A stretch of DNA of 64,000 nt from Candidatus Kaiserbacteria bacterium (GCA_016217925.1 JACRFK010000005.1:44170-108169); one strand, 5' to 3'. Counted from the first letter of the stretch, positions 1 to 9,430 are shown. Notes: generated by a model not told the origin, from the sequence alone. Translations and numbers: made by a program.

Positions 1-457
1 TCTTCCCGTAAACACAGTGGGGGTCAGTCAATCTCAGTGCGTGTCCCGACCCGCACCCTCGTGCAATGGAACGCTCATGTGGCTCGGCAACGACGGGAAC
101 GGATGCAGCTCCGGGTATCAATGCATTGCTCAGCGGACGGTATCGTGTCCGGTATACAACACGCCGCTCTGTCCTATAGGACAGACAGTGCAGAGCGGAG
201 CCGTCGATGTGAACGGCTGCCAAACGGCCCCTCGGTGTGTCGCATCGGCTACTACGACTACCGCCTCCGGATCATGCACGACGCCGTGGGGCAGCCTCGT
301 GGTAGCAAGCGGACAGACGGCTTCTTCGCAACCGTATTTCACGAAAGGAACGTACTCAGGCAGCGTTGTCGTGCCTCTTATGCGTTGCACGAATGGCCTC
401 TGGTATGTGTGTGATTGGCAGGGGAACATTTGCAACACCCTCTACGCTCCCCTATAA
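1..457 (+). CDS. Cys-rich secreted/surface protein, 5'-truncated by the window edge
   Basis: Open frame from the edge to TAA 455-457; many Cys-Pro/Gly motifs (CPVYNTPLCP, GSCTTPWG) like those of the downstream surface protein. Confidence 0.6.
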   Translation, partial: LPVNTVGVSQSQCVSRPAPSCNGTLMWLGNDGNGCSSGYQCIAQRTVSCPVYNTPLCPIGQTVQSGAVDVNGCQTAPRCVASATTTTASGSCTTPWGSLVVASGQTASSQPYFTKGTYSGSVVVPLMRCTNGLWYVCDWQGNICNTLYAPL

Positions 458-601
458 AAGGCTGAAAATAGCTCTTGGCGTTCGACCCGCACTTTTTGGC
501 ACAATTTCATCGCATTCGCGGCGCTATCCACCGGCGCGACTATCTTTTCTGACAGGTCGTAAGATAATAAGTCTATATTCGTCTTACTATGTAAATAGCT
601 T

Positions 602-2584
602 ATGAAACTAAAACACATTTCGGCTGCCCTGGCCGTTGCCGCACTCCTGCCTTTTGCGGCGAGCGCGCTTACGACTGAAGACATTCAACAGCAAATAACC
701 GCTCTCCTTGCGCAGATCGCGCAACTCCAGCAGCAACTCAAACAACTTCAGGTGCCTGACCAGAGGGCCTGCACCATGGAAGCTAAAATTTGCCCGGACG
801 GCACGGCAGTTGGCCGCACGGGGCCGAATTGTGAATTCGCCGCGTGTCCGGGGGCTGGAGCGCCACCGTCACGTATCTGTCCGCAAATTCTCCGCACGCT
901 CGCACAAGGCGCAACCGGTGATGACGTGACACAGCTCCAGCAGTACCTCGGCGTCTCGACGACGGGCTACTTCGGCCCCGTGACCGCGCGCGCCGTTGCC
1001 GCGGCACAAGCCGACGCGGGCCTCGAACAGGTCGGCATCGTCGGCCCGCAAACTCGCGCATGGATATATAGGCGTTGCGGTGGGGGAGGTACCGTCATCA
1101 ACGACACCTTCTTCTCGGCGGTTCCGACTTCCGGCCCGGCACCGCTTTCAGTCACGTTCCGAACAAATGTTGTCAACGACTTGGATTCGTACTCAATTGA
1201 GTTTGGTGATGGAACGAACGGTCCTCTGCAGAATAATTGTTTACTCGGATACGGCGCGTGCGGACTGCCGACCGCCACGCACACCTATACCGCAAATGGT
1301 ACGTATAGTGCGAAACTTACAAAAAAGACCGTATGTGGAATGACGAACAGCATGCCAGGCAGCCAGATTCATTGCCCCACAACAGTCGGCACTGTGACGA
1401 TATACGTTGGCGGAACGACAGGTGCCGGCGCACCGGTAGTGACCGGCGTTGACGGCCCTGCCGCTCTGAATGTCGGACAAACAGGCACGTGGACGGTGCG
1501 TGCGACTGTCCCGAATAACGCGAACACAAACTTGAGGTACTCGGTCGTCTGGGGCGATGAAGGCGTGTTCGACCAAATTCGCGGATTCGGTGGTATTGCT
1601 GCACCGGCACTCGCTACCTCCGGAACCTTCACGCATGCGTATCAGAGCGCAGGCACCTTCAGGCCCACGTTCGCCGTCGCAAATGACGCCGGTAGCGCAC
1701 AGACAAGCGCGTCGGTCACCGTCAGTGGCTCGACATCGGTGGCCGATTTCTCCGCCTCGCCGACTTCCGGCCCGGCGCCGCTCAATGTGAACTTCCAAGC
1801 GTCAAATACCGACGGTATTTCCAGATACTCTGTAAATTTTGGCGACGGCTCAAGCGCGGATATGATGCCCGGCCCGATGCCAATGATGGCCTGTCCGATC
1901 GATATCGATGGCGGCGGGTGCGGGAACTGGAAATCCTATCTAGCGGCTTATCACACCTACACCTCCGCCGGCACGTACACGGCGACACTCTATAGAGACA
2001 ATTGTCCCAAGGGTGCGTACTGCTTCGCAGGGCCGTTGCCGGTCGGCACCGTGAGCATCACCGTCTCTCCGGCGCCAACGAATGCCGGATATTTGAACGT
2101 AACTCCACGCTCGGGCCCGGCACCGCTTACCGTTACCGTAACGACATCGAATTTGCCGAGCGGAGCAGGCCTTGATTTCGGAGATTCAAGCGGCTCCGGA
2201 GCGGTGGCATGCGGTGTCACCGCCAATACCACGACATCGTCCGGCAATGCCGTGCCGCAATCAACTACTCCGGTCTGGCTCCCGTGCAATTTCACGGGCA
2301 CGACGCATACCTACGCCAACCCCGGCACATACATCGTACGCGTAAGCGGAGCAAACGGAACAATCGATACCGTGACGGTCACGGTCTCAGGGATCGCGAA
2401 CACTTGTGGGGACGGAGGATGTGGCTACTGGGTGCCGCCGTCAACGTATCCGACCACGGGTGCGCCAACCCCGGCACCACAAAGCTCAGTATCAACATCA
2501 AACGCAAGCCCCTCGGCAATCTATTGGTGCGGAGACGGTGCAGTGAGCAACGTGCAGTCAACCCCTTGTGCCACTGCGCGATAA
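602..2584 (+). CDS. Secreted protein with coiled coil, peptidoglycan-binding-like domain and several PKD domains
   Basis: Signal peptide; LAQGATGDDVTQLQQYL..TGYFGPVTARAV (PG_binding_1-like); repeated SGPAPLxV..FGDG..HTYTxxGTY PKD motifs. Confidence 0.85.
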   Translation: MKLKHISAALAVAALLPFAASALTTEDIQQQITALLAQIAQLQQQLKQLQVPDQRACTMEAKICPDGTAVGRTGPNCEFAACPGAGAPPSRICPQILRTLAQGATGDDVTQLQQYLGVSTTGYFGPVTARAVAAAQADAGLEQVGIVGPQTRAWIYRRCGGGGTVINDTFFSAVPTSGPAPLSVTFRTNVVNDLDSYSIEFGDGTNGPLQNNCLLGYGACGLPTATHTYTANGTYSAKLTKKTVCGMTNSMPGSQIHCPTTVGTVTIYVGGTTGAGAPVVTGVDGPAALNVGQTGTWTVRATVPNNANTNLRYSVVWGDEGVFDQIRGFGGIAAPALATSGTFTHAYQSAGTFRPTFAVANDAGSAQTSASVTVSGSTSVADFSASPTSGPAPLNVNFQASNTDGISRYSVNFGDGSSADMMPGPMPMMACPIDIDGGGCGNWKSYLAAYHTYTSAGTYTATLYRDNCPKGAYCFAGPLPVGTVSITVSPAPTNAGYLNVTPRSGPAPLTVTVTTSNLPSGAGLDFGDSSGSGAVACGVTANTTTSSGNAVPQSTTPVWLPCNFTGTTHTYANPGTYIVRVSGANGTIDTVTVTVSGIANTCGDGGCGYWVPPSTYPTTGAPTPAPQSSVSTSNASPSAIYWCGDGAVSNVQSTPCATAR

Positions 2585-2597
2585 AAGTTTCGGTAAT

Positions 2598-4754
2598 TTA
2601 CTCTGAATGTAATTCGGCTCCCGCACTCGCGACGCGCTCTGCAAGCGCGGGGTAGTTCACGAGTGACGGGTCATGCTCGACGAGTGATTGCGCCTCCGTG
2701 CGCGCGGCCTGGATGAGCTTCACATTTTTGAGCGCCTCCATGCCGAGGTCGCTCACACCCCACTGTTTGCGGCCGAAGAGGTCTCCCGCGCCGCGATTCT
2801 CGAGGTCGGCTTCAGCGAGCTTAAATCCGTCGGAACTTTGCTCGAGTGCTTTTAAGCGCTTCAGCGACATCTCTCCTTTTGTTTCGGGCACGAGGAAACA
2901 TTGTGGGGGGTGAGACGAGCGCATTACACGACCGCGAAGTTGGTGCAGTTGTGCAAGCCCGAATCGCTCGGCGCCTTCTATCAAAATAATAGTGGCATTG
3001 GGCACATTGACCCCCACCTCGACGACGGATGTCGCGACGAGGACGTGTATCCTTCCCGCGACGAAATCGGCCATTCCCTCGTCTTTTTCGCCCGGCCGCA
3101 TTGCCCCATGTAGAAGCCCGACCGTATATTCGGGGAAGACGTCTTTTTGTAATCTTTTGGCCTCCGCTTTTGCGCTCTTTGCTTGCAGCGCATTTATTTT
3201 TGCGGGGTCGGGCTCCTCGATACGCGGACAAATGACGAATGCCTGCCTGCCTTTCTCCAGTTCTCCACGCACCGCCTCATATGCGCTCGCGCGCTCGGCC
3301 GGCTTCACGATTTTTGTGGTTATCTTCGCGCGTCCCGGCGGCAGTTCGTCGAGGACCGAGATATCAAGGTCGCCATAGAGCGTAAGCGCGAGCGTGCGCG
3401 GTATTGGTGTCGCAGTCATGGAGAGGAAATGCGGCGCGGCGTCTCCCTTGTGTGCAAGTTCGCGTCTTTGCTTCGTCCCAAATCGGTGTTGTTCGTCAAC
3501 GATACAGAGCGCGAGATGTTGGAATTTGACCGATTTTTGAATGAGCGCATGTGTGCCGACGAGCATCGCGATCTCACCACTCTCAACCCATTTCAGTAAC
3601 TGCGCGCGTGAAATATCCGTCGCCTCGCCGCGCTTCACCTTGGAGGGGAATTTCTTGCAGCCGCTTCCTGTCATGAGCGCGATATTGATAGGCAGGTGCG
3701 AGAAGTATTCAATGAACGACTGGAAATGTTGCTGCGCCAATATTTCCGTCGGTGCCATGTAGGCGACCTGGAGCGTTCCGCTTTCGCGCTGCGGCGGCCG
3801 TGAGTTTACTACCGCATAGGCAGTCGCAGCGGCGACCAAGGTCTTCCCGCTTCCCACATCGCCCTCCAAGAGCCGCGCCATCGGATGCTTCTTTTCGAAG
3901 TCGGAGAGAATACTCGTCACGGCGCGCTTCTGCGCACCCGTCGGCGGGAAGGGAATGGTCGAAAGAAATTTCTCCGCAAGCGCCGCGCCGTCGCGGATGG
4001 GGAATGAAGCAAGTGAATCATTCTCTTGCCGTTCGCGGGCGCGTGCTACTTGTATGGCAAATATCTCTTCAAACGCGAAGCGCTTGCGGGCGGCCTCGGC
4101 GTGCCGTAGGTCGTCCGGTTTGTGGATGTATAACAGCGCACTCTGGATGTCGGGGAGGTTGTACCGTTTTACGATATCGGCAGGAATGGGGTCGTCGACC
4201 GAATCTAAAATATTTGCGGCGTAGAGTTTGTCGAACGCATGGCGGAACCACAACGAGGTCACCCCCCGACTTTCGGGATACACCGCGAAGAAAGTCCCGG
4301 GTTCTTTGTTTGTCGCCGCGGCGGGTTTGAAAAGCCCCGCTTCAGTCCTGTCGGCGGGTTCGACGTGTGGATTCGCGAGATACGGCTTGCCCGTTTTACC
4401 GCTGACCACGCCCACCGCCTTGACGAACATTCCTTCGGCGAATTTCTTGGCAAGGTACGGCTGATGGAACCACATCACTTTCACCGAGCCGGATGAGTCG
4501 GTAATCACCGCCTCGCCGACGGGAATTCTACGCTTCCACGATTTTCTCGTGTCGAGCTTCGAGATCGTGCCGAAAATCGTCACCGATTCTCCGGCCACAA
4601 GGCCCACGATGTTCGAGTCCGCCCCAGCTTGGTCGTACCGTGCAGGGAAGTGGTAGAGGAGGTCGCGCACCGTGAGGATGCCGAGCTTCTTCAATGCGCG
4701 TATTTGAGGCGGCGCGAGCCGGAAATGCTTCGTGAGAAGGTCGTTTGGGTGCAT
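2598..4754 (-). CDS. recG: ATP-dependent DNA helicase RecG
   Basis: GDVGSGKT, DEQHRFG, SMTATPIPRT, QLHQLRGRV and RGAGDLFG motifs; start placed at the ATG 6 nt after TATGAT. Confidence 0.97.
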   Translation of the reverse strand: MHPNDLLTKHFRLAPPQIRALKKLGILTVRDLLYHFPARYDQAGADSNIVGLVAGESVTIFGTISKLDTRKSWKRRIPVGEAVITDSSGSVKVMWFHQPYLAKKFAEGMFVKAVGVVSGKTGKPYLANPHVEPADRTEAGLFKPAAATNKEPGTFFAVYPESRGVTSLWFRHAFDKLYAANILDSVDDPIPADIVKRYNLPDIQSALLYIHKPDDLRHAEAARKRFAFEEIFAIQVARARERQENDSLASFPIRDGAALAEKFLSTIPFPPTGAQKRAVTSILSDFEKKHPMARLLEGDVGSGKTLVAAATAYAVVNSRPPQRESGTLQVAYMAPTEILAQQHFQSFIEYFSHLPINIALMTGSGCKKFPSKVKRGEATDISRAQLLKWVESGEIAMLVGTHALIQKSVKFQHLALCIVDEQHRFGTKQRRELAHKGDAAPHFLSMTATPIPRTLALTLYGDLDISVLDELPPGRAKITTKIVKPAERASAYEAVRGELEKGRQAFVICPRIEEPDPAKINALQAKSAKAEAKRLQKDVFPEYTVGLLHGAMRPGEKDEGMADFVAGRIHVLVATSVVEVGVNVPNATIILIEGAERFGLAQLHQLRGRVMRSSHPPQCFLVPETKGEMSLKRLKALEQSSDGFKLAEADLENRGAGDLFGRKQWGVSDLGMEALKNVKLIQAARTEAQSLVEHDPSLVNYPALAERVASAGAELHSE

Positions 4755-4779
4755 GTGCGCATCATACATCCGCAACAAG

Positions 4780-4819
4780 CCCCGACGCTATGGTCGGGGC
4801 CCCGGCCATAGCGTCGGGG
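4780..4819. repeat. 40-bp palindromic element (CCCGAC..GTCGGG family)
   Basis: ccccgacgctatggtcggggccccggccatagcgtcgggg; related to the in-frame insert in ligA at 26861. Confidence 0.75.
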
Positions 4820-4905
4820 TTATGCACAGTCCCGTGGCCGGTATCTTGCGCGCCTGTATTTGATGAGTACTATGGGCGTGTAAAAGTGTAGCAACCATAA
4901 AAAAT

Positions 4906-5043
4906 ATGACATTCCACGAAGATGAAGAAAAAGATCCGCTCGCCATTAGCGAAGAGGCAATCGGCGAAGTGCTTGATGAAGACGCCGACGAGGACGAGGT
5001 GGCAAGTGCCCCGCTAGAAGACGACGAAAAGGCGTGGGAATAA
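4906..5043 (+). CDS. Small, very acidic protein (45 aa), absent from the ORF track
   Basis: MTFHEDEEKDPLAISEEAIGEVLDEDADEDEVASAPLEDDEKAWE*; A-rich leader; followed by a perfect hairpin. Confidence 0.65.
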   Translation: MTFHEDEEKDPLAISEEAIGEVLDEDADEDEVASAPLEDDEKAWE

Positions 5044-5070
5044 AGCGAGGCCGTACGGCCTCGCTTTATT
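5039..5070. terminator. Perfect hairpin, probable terminator
   Basis: aataaagcgaggcc-gtac-ggcctcgctttatt. Confidence 0.7.
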
Positions 5071-5127
5071 CCCACTCTCCACACGGGTTTTCATCCCGCA
5101 TTGTGGAGACGTGGTACCATTTCCTCT

Positions 5128-5607
5128 ATGAGTGAAACAGGCGTCATAGACCTCAACGGTAAGTCGATACTCATTATCGAGGATGATCCGCTCTTGCACA
5201 GCCTTCTTGCGGACAAAATGAAGCAGCTCCGCGATAAGGGAGTCAAAGTGTTCCCGACCATGAGCGCGGAAGAGGGTCTCAAACAGGCGCAAGAGTCCAA
5301 GCCCGACCTTATCATGCTCGACCTCGTTCTACCGACTATGGACGGCTTCGAGTTTTTGCGGCAGCTGCGGGCTATTCCCGGTCACGAGAAGACTCCCGTT
5401 GTCGTACTATCAAATCTGAGTGCAGACACCGACAAAGAGCGGGCGCGGAGCCTCGGTGTCATTGCGTATATGGTCAAGGCGGATTTTTCGTTGAGCGAGA
5501 TATCGGCCGCCGTCGAACAAATATTGCAGGGTAAGCAGATGTCGCCGCCCAAACCGGTTGACGGGACTCTTACGAAAACTCCGTTGGGGTACATGACCTA
5601 TCTATAA
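5128..5607 (+). CDS. Single-domain response regulator (receiver)
   Basis: ILIIEDD, DLIMLDLVLPTMDG, VVLSN and YMVKA receiver motifs. Confidence 0.93.
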   Translation: MSETGVIDLNGKSILIIEDDPLLHSLLADKMKQLRDKGVKVFPTMSAEEGLKQAQESKPDLIMLDLVLPTMDGFEFLRQLRAIPGHEKTPVVVLSNLSADTDKERARSLGVIAYMVKADFSLSEISAAVEQILQGKQMSPPKPVDGTLTKTPLGYMTYL

Positions 5608-5654
5608 GAGTTGTTAGCGATTCGCGCGGGTGACGACTCGAAACGGCGCTACAT

Positions 5655-6872
5655 ATGCCCGAGACAAAATCCGAGAAAGCAATATCGTCGACGGAGCCTC
5701 TGCAGCTGGACGCCTTTTCGTTGCGTCTGAAGTTAGTGCTCGCTTTTGCGGTCTTGAGTCTGCTGCCTTTCATCTTCATCGCCGTCCGCATTACGGGAAT
5801 GTGGAAATACATCGCGGGGCTTTCGGCGCAAGGGAATTTCGCCGACTCGGAACTTGCGCGCGCGGTAACCGAGCAGAGCAACGCCTTCATTGTGGGAAGC
5901 ATTGAGTTTTCGGTAGTCTTTTTCATACTCGTCTGCGCCGGCATTATCTTTGCGGACCGCATTCTTGTGGGGCCGTTGTACAAGATTATTGATTGGATGC
6001 GCACCGCACGGGAAAATAAGTTCGCCGCACTTGCGCCGCTTCCGGTACAGAGCGGGGACGAGTGGAGCGCTCTGGGATACGAGATAGATCAGTCCATCAA
6101 ATACTTCCAGGAGGTGGAATCGCGTGAGCGTCAGATAGCCGAAGAGAAGGGGGAATTCATATCGGTCGCCGCGCACCAGTTGCGCACCCCTCTCACGGGG
6201 CTCAAATGGACGCTTGAGGTCTTGCGGGATTCCTCGACGACTCCCGAGAGTAAAGCAAAACTCCTCGACCAGGTATCGGGGACCACGGAGCGCATGGTGC
6301 GCTTGGTGGACGACGTGCTCGACGTTGCGAAGATCGAAGAGGGAAAGTTCGGATACGAGTATGCGATTACGGACATTATCGGCCCGATGCAACACCTGAT
6401 AAACGATTTTCTGGTGGTCGGGAAGAGCCGCGATGTCGCCCTCGTGTTCGAGCACGGAGAGGTCGCTCTCCCTGTCTACATGGATGTCAATCGCGTTACC
6501 CTCGCGGTATCGAACCTCATTTCCAATAGTCTCGATTACACGCGCGCGGGCGGGCGCATCACCCTGCGGATTGAGCGAGCCGGCCGGCAAGTCAGGATAT
6601 CGGTGCAAGATACCGGCATCGGTATATCACCGGAAGACAAAAGACGGCTATTCACGAAATTCTACCGCGGCGAAAGCGCGCGACGTATGCATCCGGATGG
6701 CTCGGGCCTCGGACTCTTCATCGCACGCAATGTCGCTCTTCGCCACGGCGGCGACGTGACCGTCGAATCCGAAGCCGGCAAAGGGTCAACCCTCTCTTTC
6801 AATGTGCCGCTTGAAAAGGCGGATATGGGCAAGGTGGAAGTTTCAGTAGGCAACTTTTTCGCCAGCTTTTGA
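5655..6872 (+). CDS. Membrane sensor histidine kinase
   Basis: Two TM helices; AAHQLRTPL H-box; DTGIGI and GSGLGL G-boxes. Confidence 0.95.
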   Translation: MPETKSEKAISSTEPLQLDAFSLRLKLVLAFAVLSLLPFIFIAVRITGMWKYIAGLSAQGNFADSELARAVTEQSNAFIVGSIEFSVVFFILVCAGIIFADRILVGPLYKIIDWMRTARENKFAALAPLPVQSGDEWSALGYEIDQSIKYFQEVESRERQIAEEKGEFISVAAHQLRTPLTGLKWTLEVLRDSSTTPESKAKLLDQVSGTTERMVRLVDDVLDVAKIEEGKFGYEYAITDIIGPMQHLINDFLVVGKSRDVALVFEHGEVALPVYMDVNRVTLAVSNLISNSLDYTRAGGRITLRIERAGRQVRISVQDTGIGISPEDKRRLFTKFYRGESARRMHPDGSGLGLFIARNVALRHGGDVTVESEAGKGSTLSFNVPLEKADMGKVEVSVGNFFASF

Positions 6873-6874
6873 AT

Positions 6875-7096
6875 CCACCGTGAGGTGCCGCCGAAGGCGG
6901 TTCGACTGTCGGCCGTAGGCCGATGGGAGAAGGTTCACGTCGGAACGAGCACGTTCCGACGCAAAGTGCGGACCACGATACGAGGAGTGTCACGCACGAA
7001 CGAGCACGTTCGGGCGTCGTAAGCATGAGCACGCGCGGGCCAAGTAAGAGAAGGTTCACGTCGGAACGAGCACGTTCCGACGTAAAGTGCGGACCA
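6875..7096 (+). repeat. Composite structured intergenic repeat (GAGCAC-loop family) with an internal 49-bp direct repeat
   Basis: First ~85 bp nearly identical to 21803-21889; 6927-6975 and 7048-7096 differ at one base; 7027-7044 identical to 22579-22596. Confidence 0.85.
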
Positions 7097-7122
7097 AAAC
7101 CCGTTTGTGATAGTATAAAGTC

Positions 7123-7458
7123 ATGCACACCGTACTGAAATACCTCGGTACCATCGCGGCGGTTTTTCTCACGGTCAACATCGTACCGGGCATTACGGTC
7201 GAAGGCGGCTGGCTCACGGTACTTCTGGTCGCTCTCGTGTGGTCGGTCATCACGATGGTCATCCGGCCGGTACTCGGCATTTTGACGCTCCCCATCACCC
7301 TTATCACCTTCGGGCTCTTCTCGCTCGTACTAAACGCACTCCTCTTTTGGGCGATGTCGGTCGTTGTTCCCGGATTCGTTGTCGCGGGATTCATCCCTGC
7401 GCTTTTCGGCGCACTCGTGCTTTCGATATTCACCTGGCTCATTCACCAAATTCTCTAG
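7123..7458 (+). CDS. YvlD / phage-holin-like 4-TM membrane protein
   Basis: IRPVLGILTLPITLITFGLFSLVLNA signature; four TM helices. Confidence 0.88.
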   Translation: MHTVLKYLGTIAAVFLTVNIVPGITVEGGWLTVLLVALVWSVITMVIRPVLGILTLPITLITFGLFSLVLNALLFWAMSVVVPGFVVAGFIPALFGALVLSIFTWLIHQIL

Positions 7459-7579
7459 AGCATCTTTTAAAACCCCATCTACTTCGTTGCGGGGCCCCAG
7501 CGTCACCGTCGCCGTACCTCCAGTACGTCTCCGTCGCCGCTTTCCCCGCGCCTCGTACCTGGAGTTTTAAAACACGCTC
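7456..7579. mobile_element. MITE-like element, TAGAGC..GCTC family, copy 1
   Basis: Imperfect terminal inverted repeat gagcatcttttaaaac/gttttaaaacacgctc; interior nearly identical to 57042-57163; begins at the yvlD TAG. Confidence 0.8.
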
Positions 7580-7586
7580 CCTATCC

Positions 7587-7862
7587 TTAAGAATGAGAAT
7601 GATGTGTCGTCGGTTTCGTAAAATCGGAAAGCTTCCCTCCGGTCACAACGAAGATATAAATAATCTCAAGAATACCGAGGGTGTTCAGGAATAAGAAGGC
7701 GATAAACCACCACATATCGCCGCGTTTTGCCGCCCGCCAGAGTGCGAGGCCTTTCCACAGCAAGCTCCACAAAACACCCAGTAAGACGAAGGACATAACG
7801 AGCGGGATTCCCAATCCCACGCCGTCCATCATTCCAAAACCCCCTCCTTGTATGTAGTTCAT
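7587..7862 (-). CDS. DUF5652-like small membrane protein
   Basis: WSLLWKGLALWRAA..WFIAFLFLNTLGILEIIY pattern. Confidence 0.8.
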   Translation of the reverse strand: MNYIQGGGFGMMDGVGLGIPLVMSFVLLGVLWSLLWKGLALWRAAKRGDMWWFIAFLFLNTLGILEIIYIFVVTGGKLSDFTKPTTHHSHS

Positions 7863-7895
7863 ATAAGGACAGTATACCTCATCTTGTTCTGACAA

Positions 7896-8078
7896 GTTGC
7901 GGGGGGATTCGCCCGCGACTAAACTTTTGCCGTCGCAAAAGTTTGTCTGGGCACCGCCTCACTGTCGCGCAAGCTTGCGCGACATCGTTCCGGCGTTCGA
8001 ATCCCTCACGCAATGTGAGCAGGCACATTGCTCCTCTCCGCCATGAAAAAAGGCGCCTCGCGGCACTCGTTTTTCTTA
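7896..8078 (-). ncRNA. Structured element carrying an inverted copy of the tRNA-Ser 3' end
   Basis: + strand gttcgaatccctc (7995-8007), 25-nt hairpin, then cctctccg (8033-8040) and cca reproduce the T-arm and acceptor strand of tRNA-Ser at 8920; same architecture as 33816-33997. Confidence 0.6.
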
Positions 8079-8298
8079 TGGCGGGATATTCTCGAAATAG
8101 CTCGAACTTTCGCCGCCGCCCCCCACCGGCGGCGAGAACCCCGCGAGAAAATGCAGGGCGCGGCGAAGCCGCACCGCTGACAATATCAAATTTTTCTTTG
8201 GCGGACTACATTCGAGAATTCGCGAAGCGAATACAACTGCTCTTTACATAAAAACGGGGCGGCCTTTCGGTCGCCACCGTTGGCAATACCGAACGACA

Positions 8299-8676
8299 TC
8301 AAATGTCGCCGGACTGCATTCTGCGTTGAAGCGCAGTTCGTGGAAACTTGCGCCGCTTTTTCTTGCTCTTGCTCTTGTGGCTGCTGAAGCATTCGAACGC
8401 CCTAGACAAGGTTTTGAGCTTGATGGGCTTCCCCTTTTCATCAAGCACGGGATAGACCTTGAGAGGCCGCTTCAAGGCACCTTTTGGCAGCTCAAGTGCC
8501 TGCGTAAGTGAGTGAGCAGGCGTTGATCTCACGAAGTCCACGAACTTTCGGAACTCCTCCAGCGGATCGACGTTGGGAGAGGCTCCGCGCTCCTCTGCCA
8601 ACAATTGGCCGATTTGACGGTAGCGTTCGACGCTTGCCGCGCGAGCGACACGCGTTCTCTTGCGAGTTTTGCCCAT
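8299..8676 (-). CDS. Hypothetical basic protein, possible cargo downstream of tRNA-Ser
   Basis: 125-aa ORF with ATG start; no motif recognised. Confidence 0.5.
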   Translation of the reverse strand: MGKTRKRTRVARAASVERYRQIGQLLAEERGASPNVDPLEEFRKFVDFVRSTPAHSLTQALELPKGALKRPLKVYPVLDEKGKPIKLKTLSRAFECFSSHKSKSKKKRRKFPRTALQRRMQSGDI

Positions 8677-8918
8677 TTTCAGCTCCCGAAGAACAGGTTG
8701 AATCGCGGGCTACATGGCCCGTTCCAAGATGATTACACGAAACGGTGAATAGTAGCAATAGACCTAAAAATTAGTGCAAAAAAAATTGAACTGAATTTGT
8801 ATGACTAAAAAATTCTTTTCCCCCACAAATGCCAATTCGTTTTTGAACCTAAAATGCAATACGTTTTGACCGCCGAGCGCAGCGAGGCGGCTGACCTCGG
8901 CTTGCGCTTTCCATCTGT

Positions 8919-9007
<89 letters not shown>

Positions 9008-9113
9008 TTGCTGTTTCTCACGGGCGAACGACGACGTCGACTGCCCTGTGCGGCACAGTATACAGAAGCTCGATATTTATGCTAGATTTGCCGTTCACGG
9101 AGATGTTCTTTCA

Positions 9114-9377
9114 ATGGCCAAATTACTTTCATCTGACGAGGCGGTGGCAAAAATCTCCCTGGTGTTTCAGCTCAGCAGTTCGAAAGGGGGGATACGCCCA
9201 CTGTACGGACCTGCGGAAACGCGATACGAGATCGCGAACGCCGTTGTCCAAAGCGAATGGGTTCCGGAGCGCCTTCGCGGACAACCGGATCTCCTGGCTC
9301 GGCTGCTGAACTGGACGAGGGATGACCTTAATCGCATCGCGCGCGGCCGTCGTCCGGGCACTCGCTTGAGATTCTGA
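9114..9377 (+). CDS. Hypothetical protein
   Basis: 87-aa ORF divergent from tRNA-Ser and followed by a hairpin (about 9386-9415). Confidence 0.45.
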   Translation: MAKLLSSDEAVAKISLVFQLSSSKGGIRPLYGPAETRYEIANAVVQSEWVPERLRGQPDLLARLLNWTRDDLNRIARGRRPGTRLRF

Positions 9378-9430
9378 CGAAAGAAAAGCCGCCGCCCTGA
9401 GATGGGCGGCGGCTTCCACTTTTACGACCA

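Noticed and set aside
6927-7096. Possible CRISPR array from the 49-bp direct repeats
   Set aside because: Only two full copies; the intervening sequence is itself repeat-derived; no cas genes; the same unit is dispersed elsewhere.
7123-7458. Prophage suggested by the holin-like gene
   Set aside because: YvlD-type proteins are common chromosomal genes, and no phage structural, lysis or integrase genes are nearby.
7995-8043. Possible extra tRNA or tRNA pseudogene
   Set aside because: Only the T-arm and acceptor 3' strand are present, with no D arm or anticodon arm; treated as part of a structured element.
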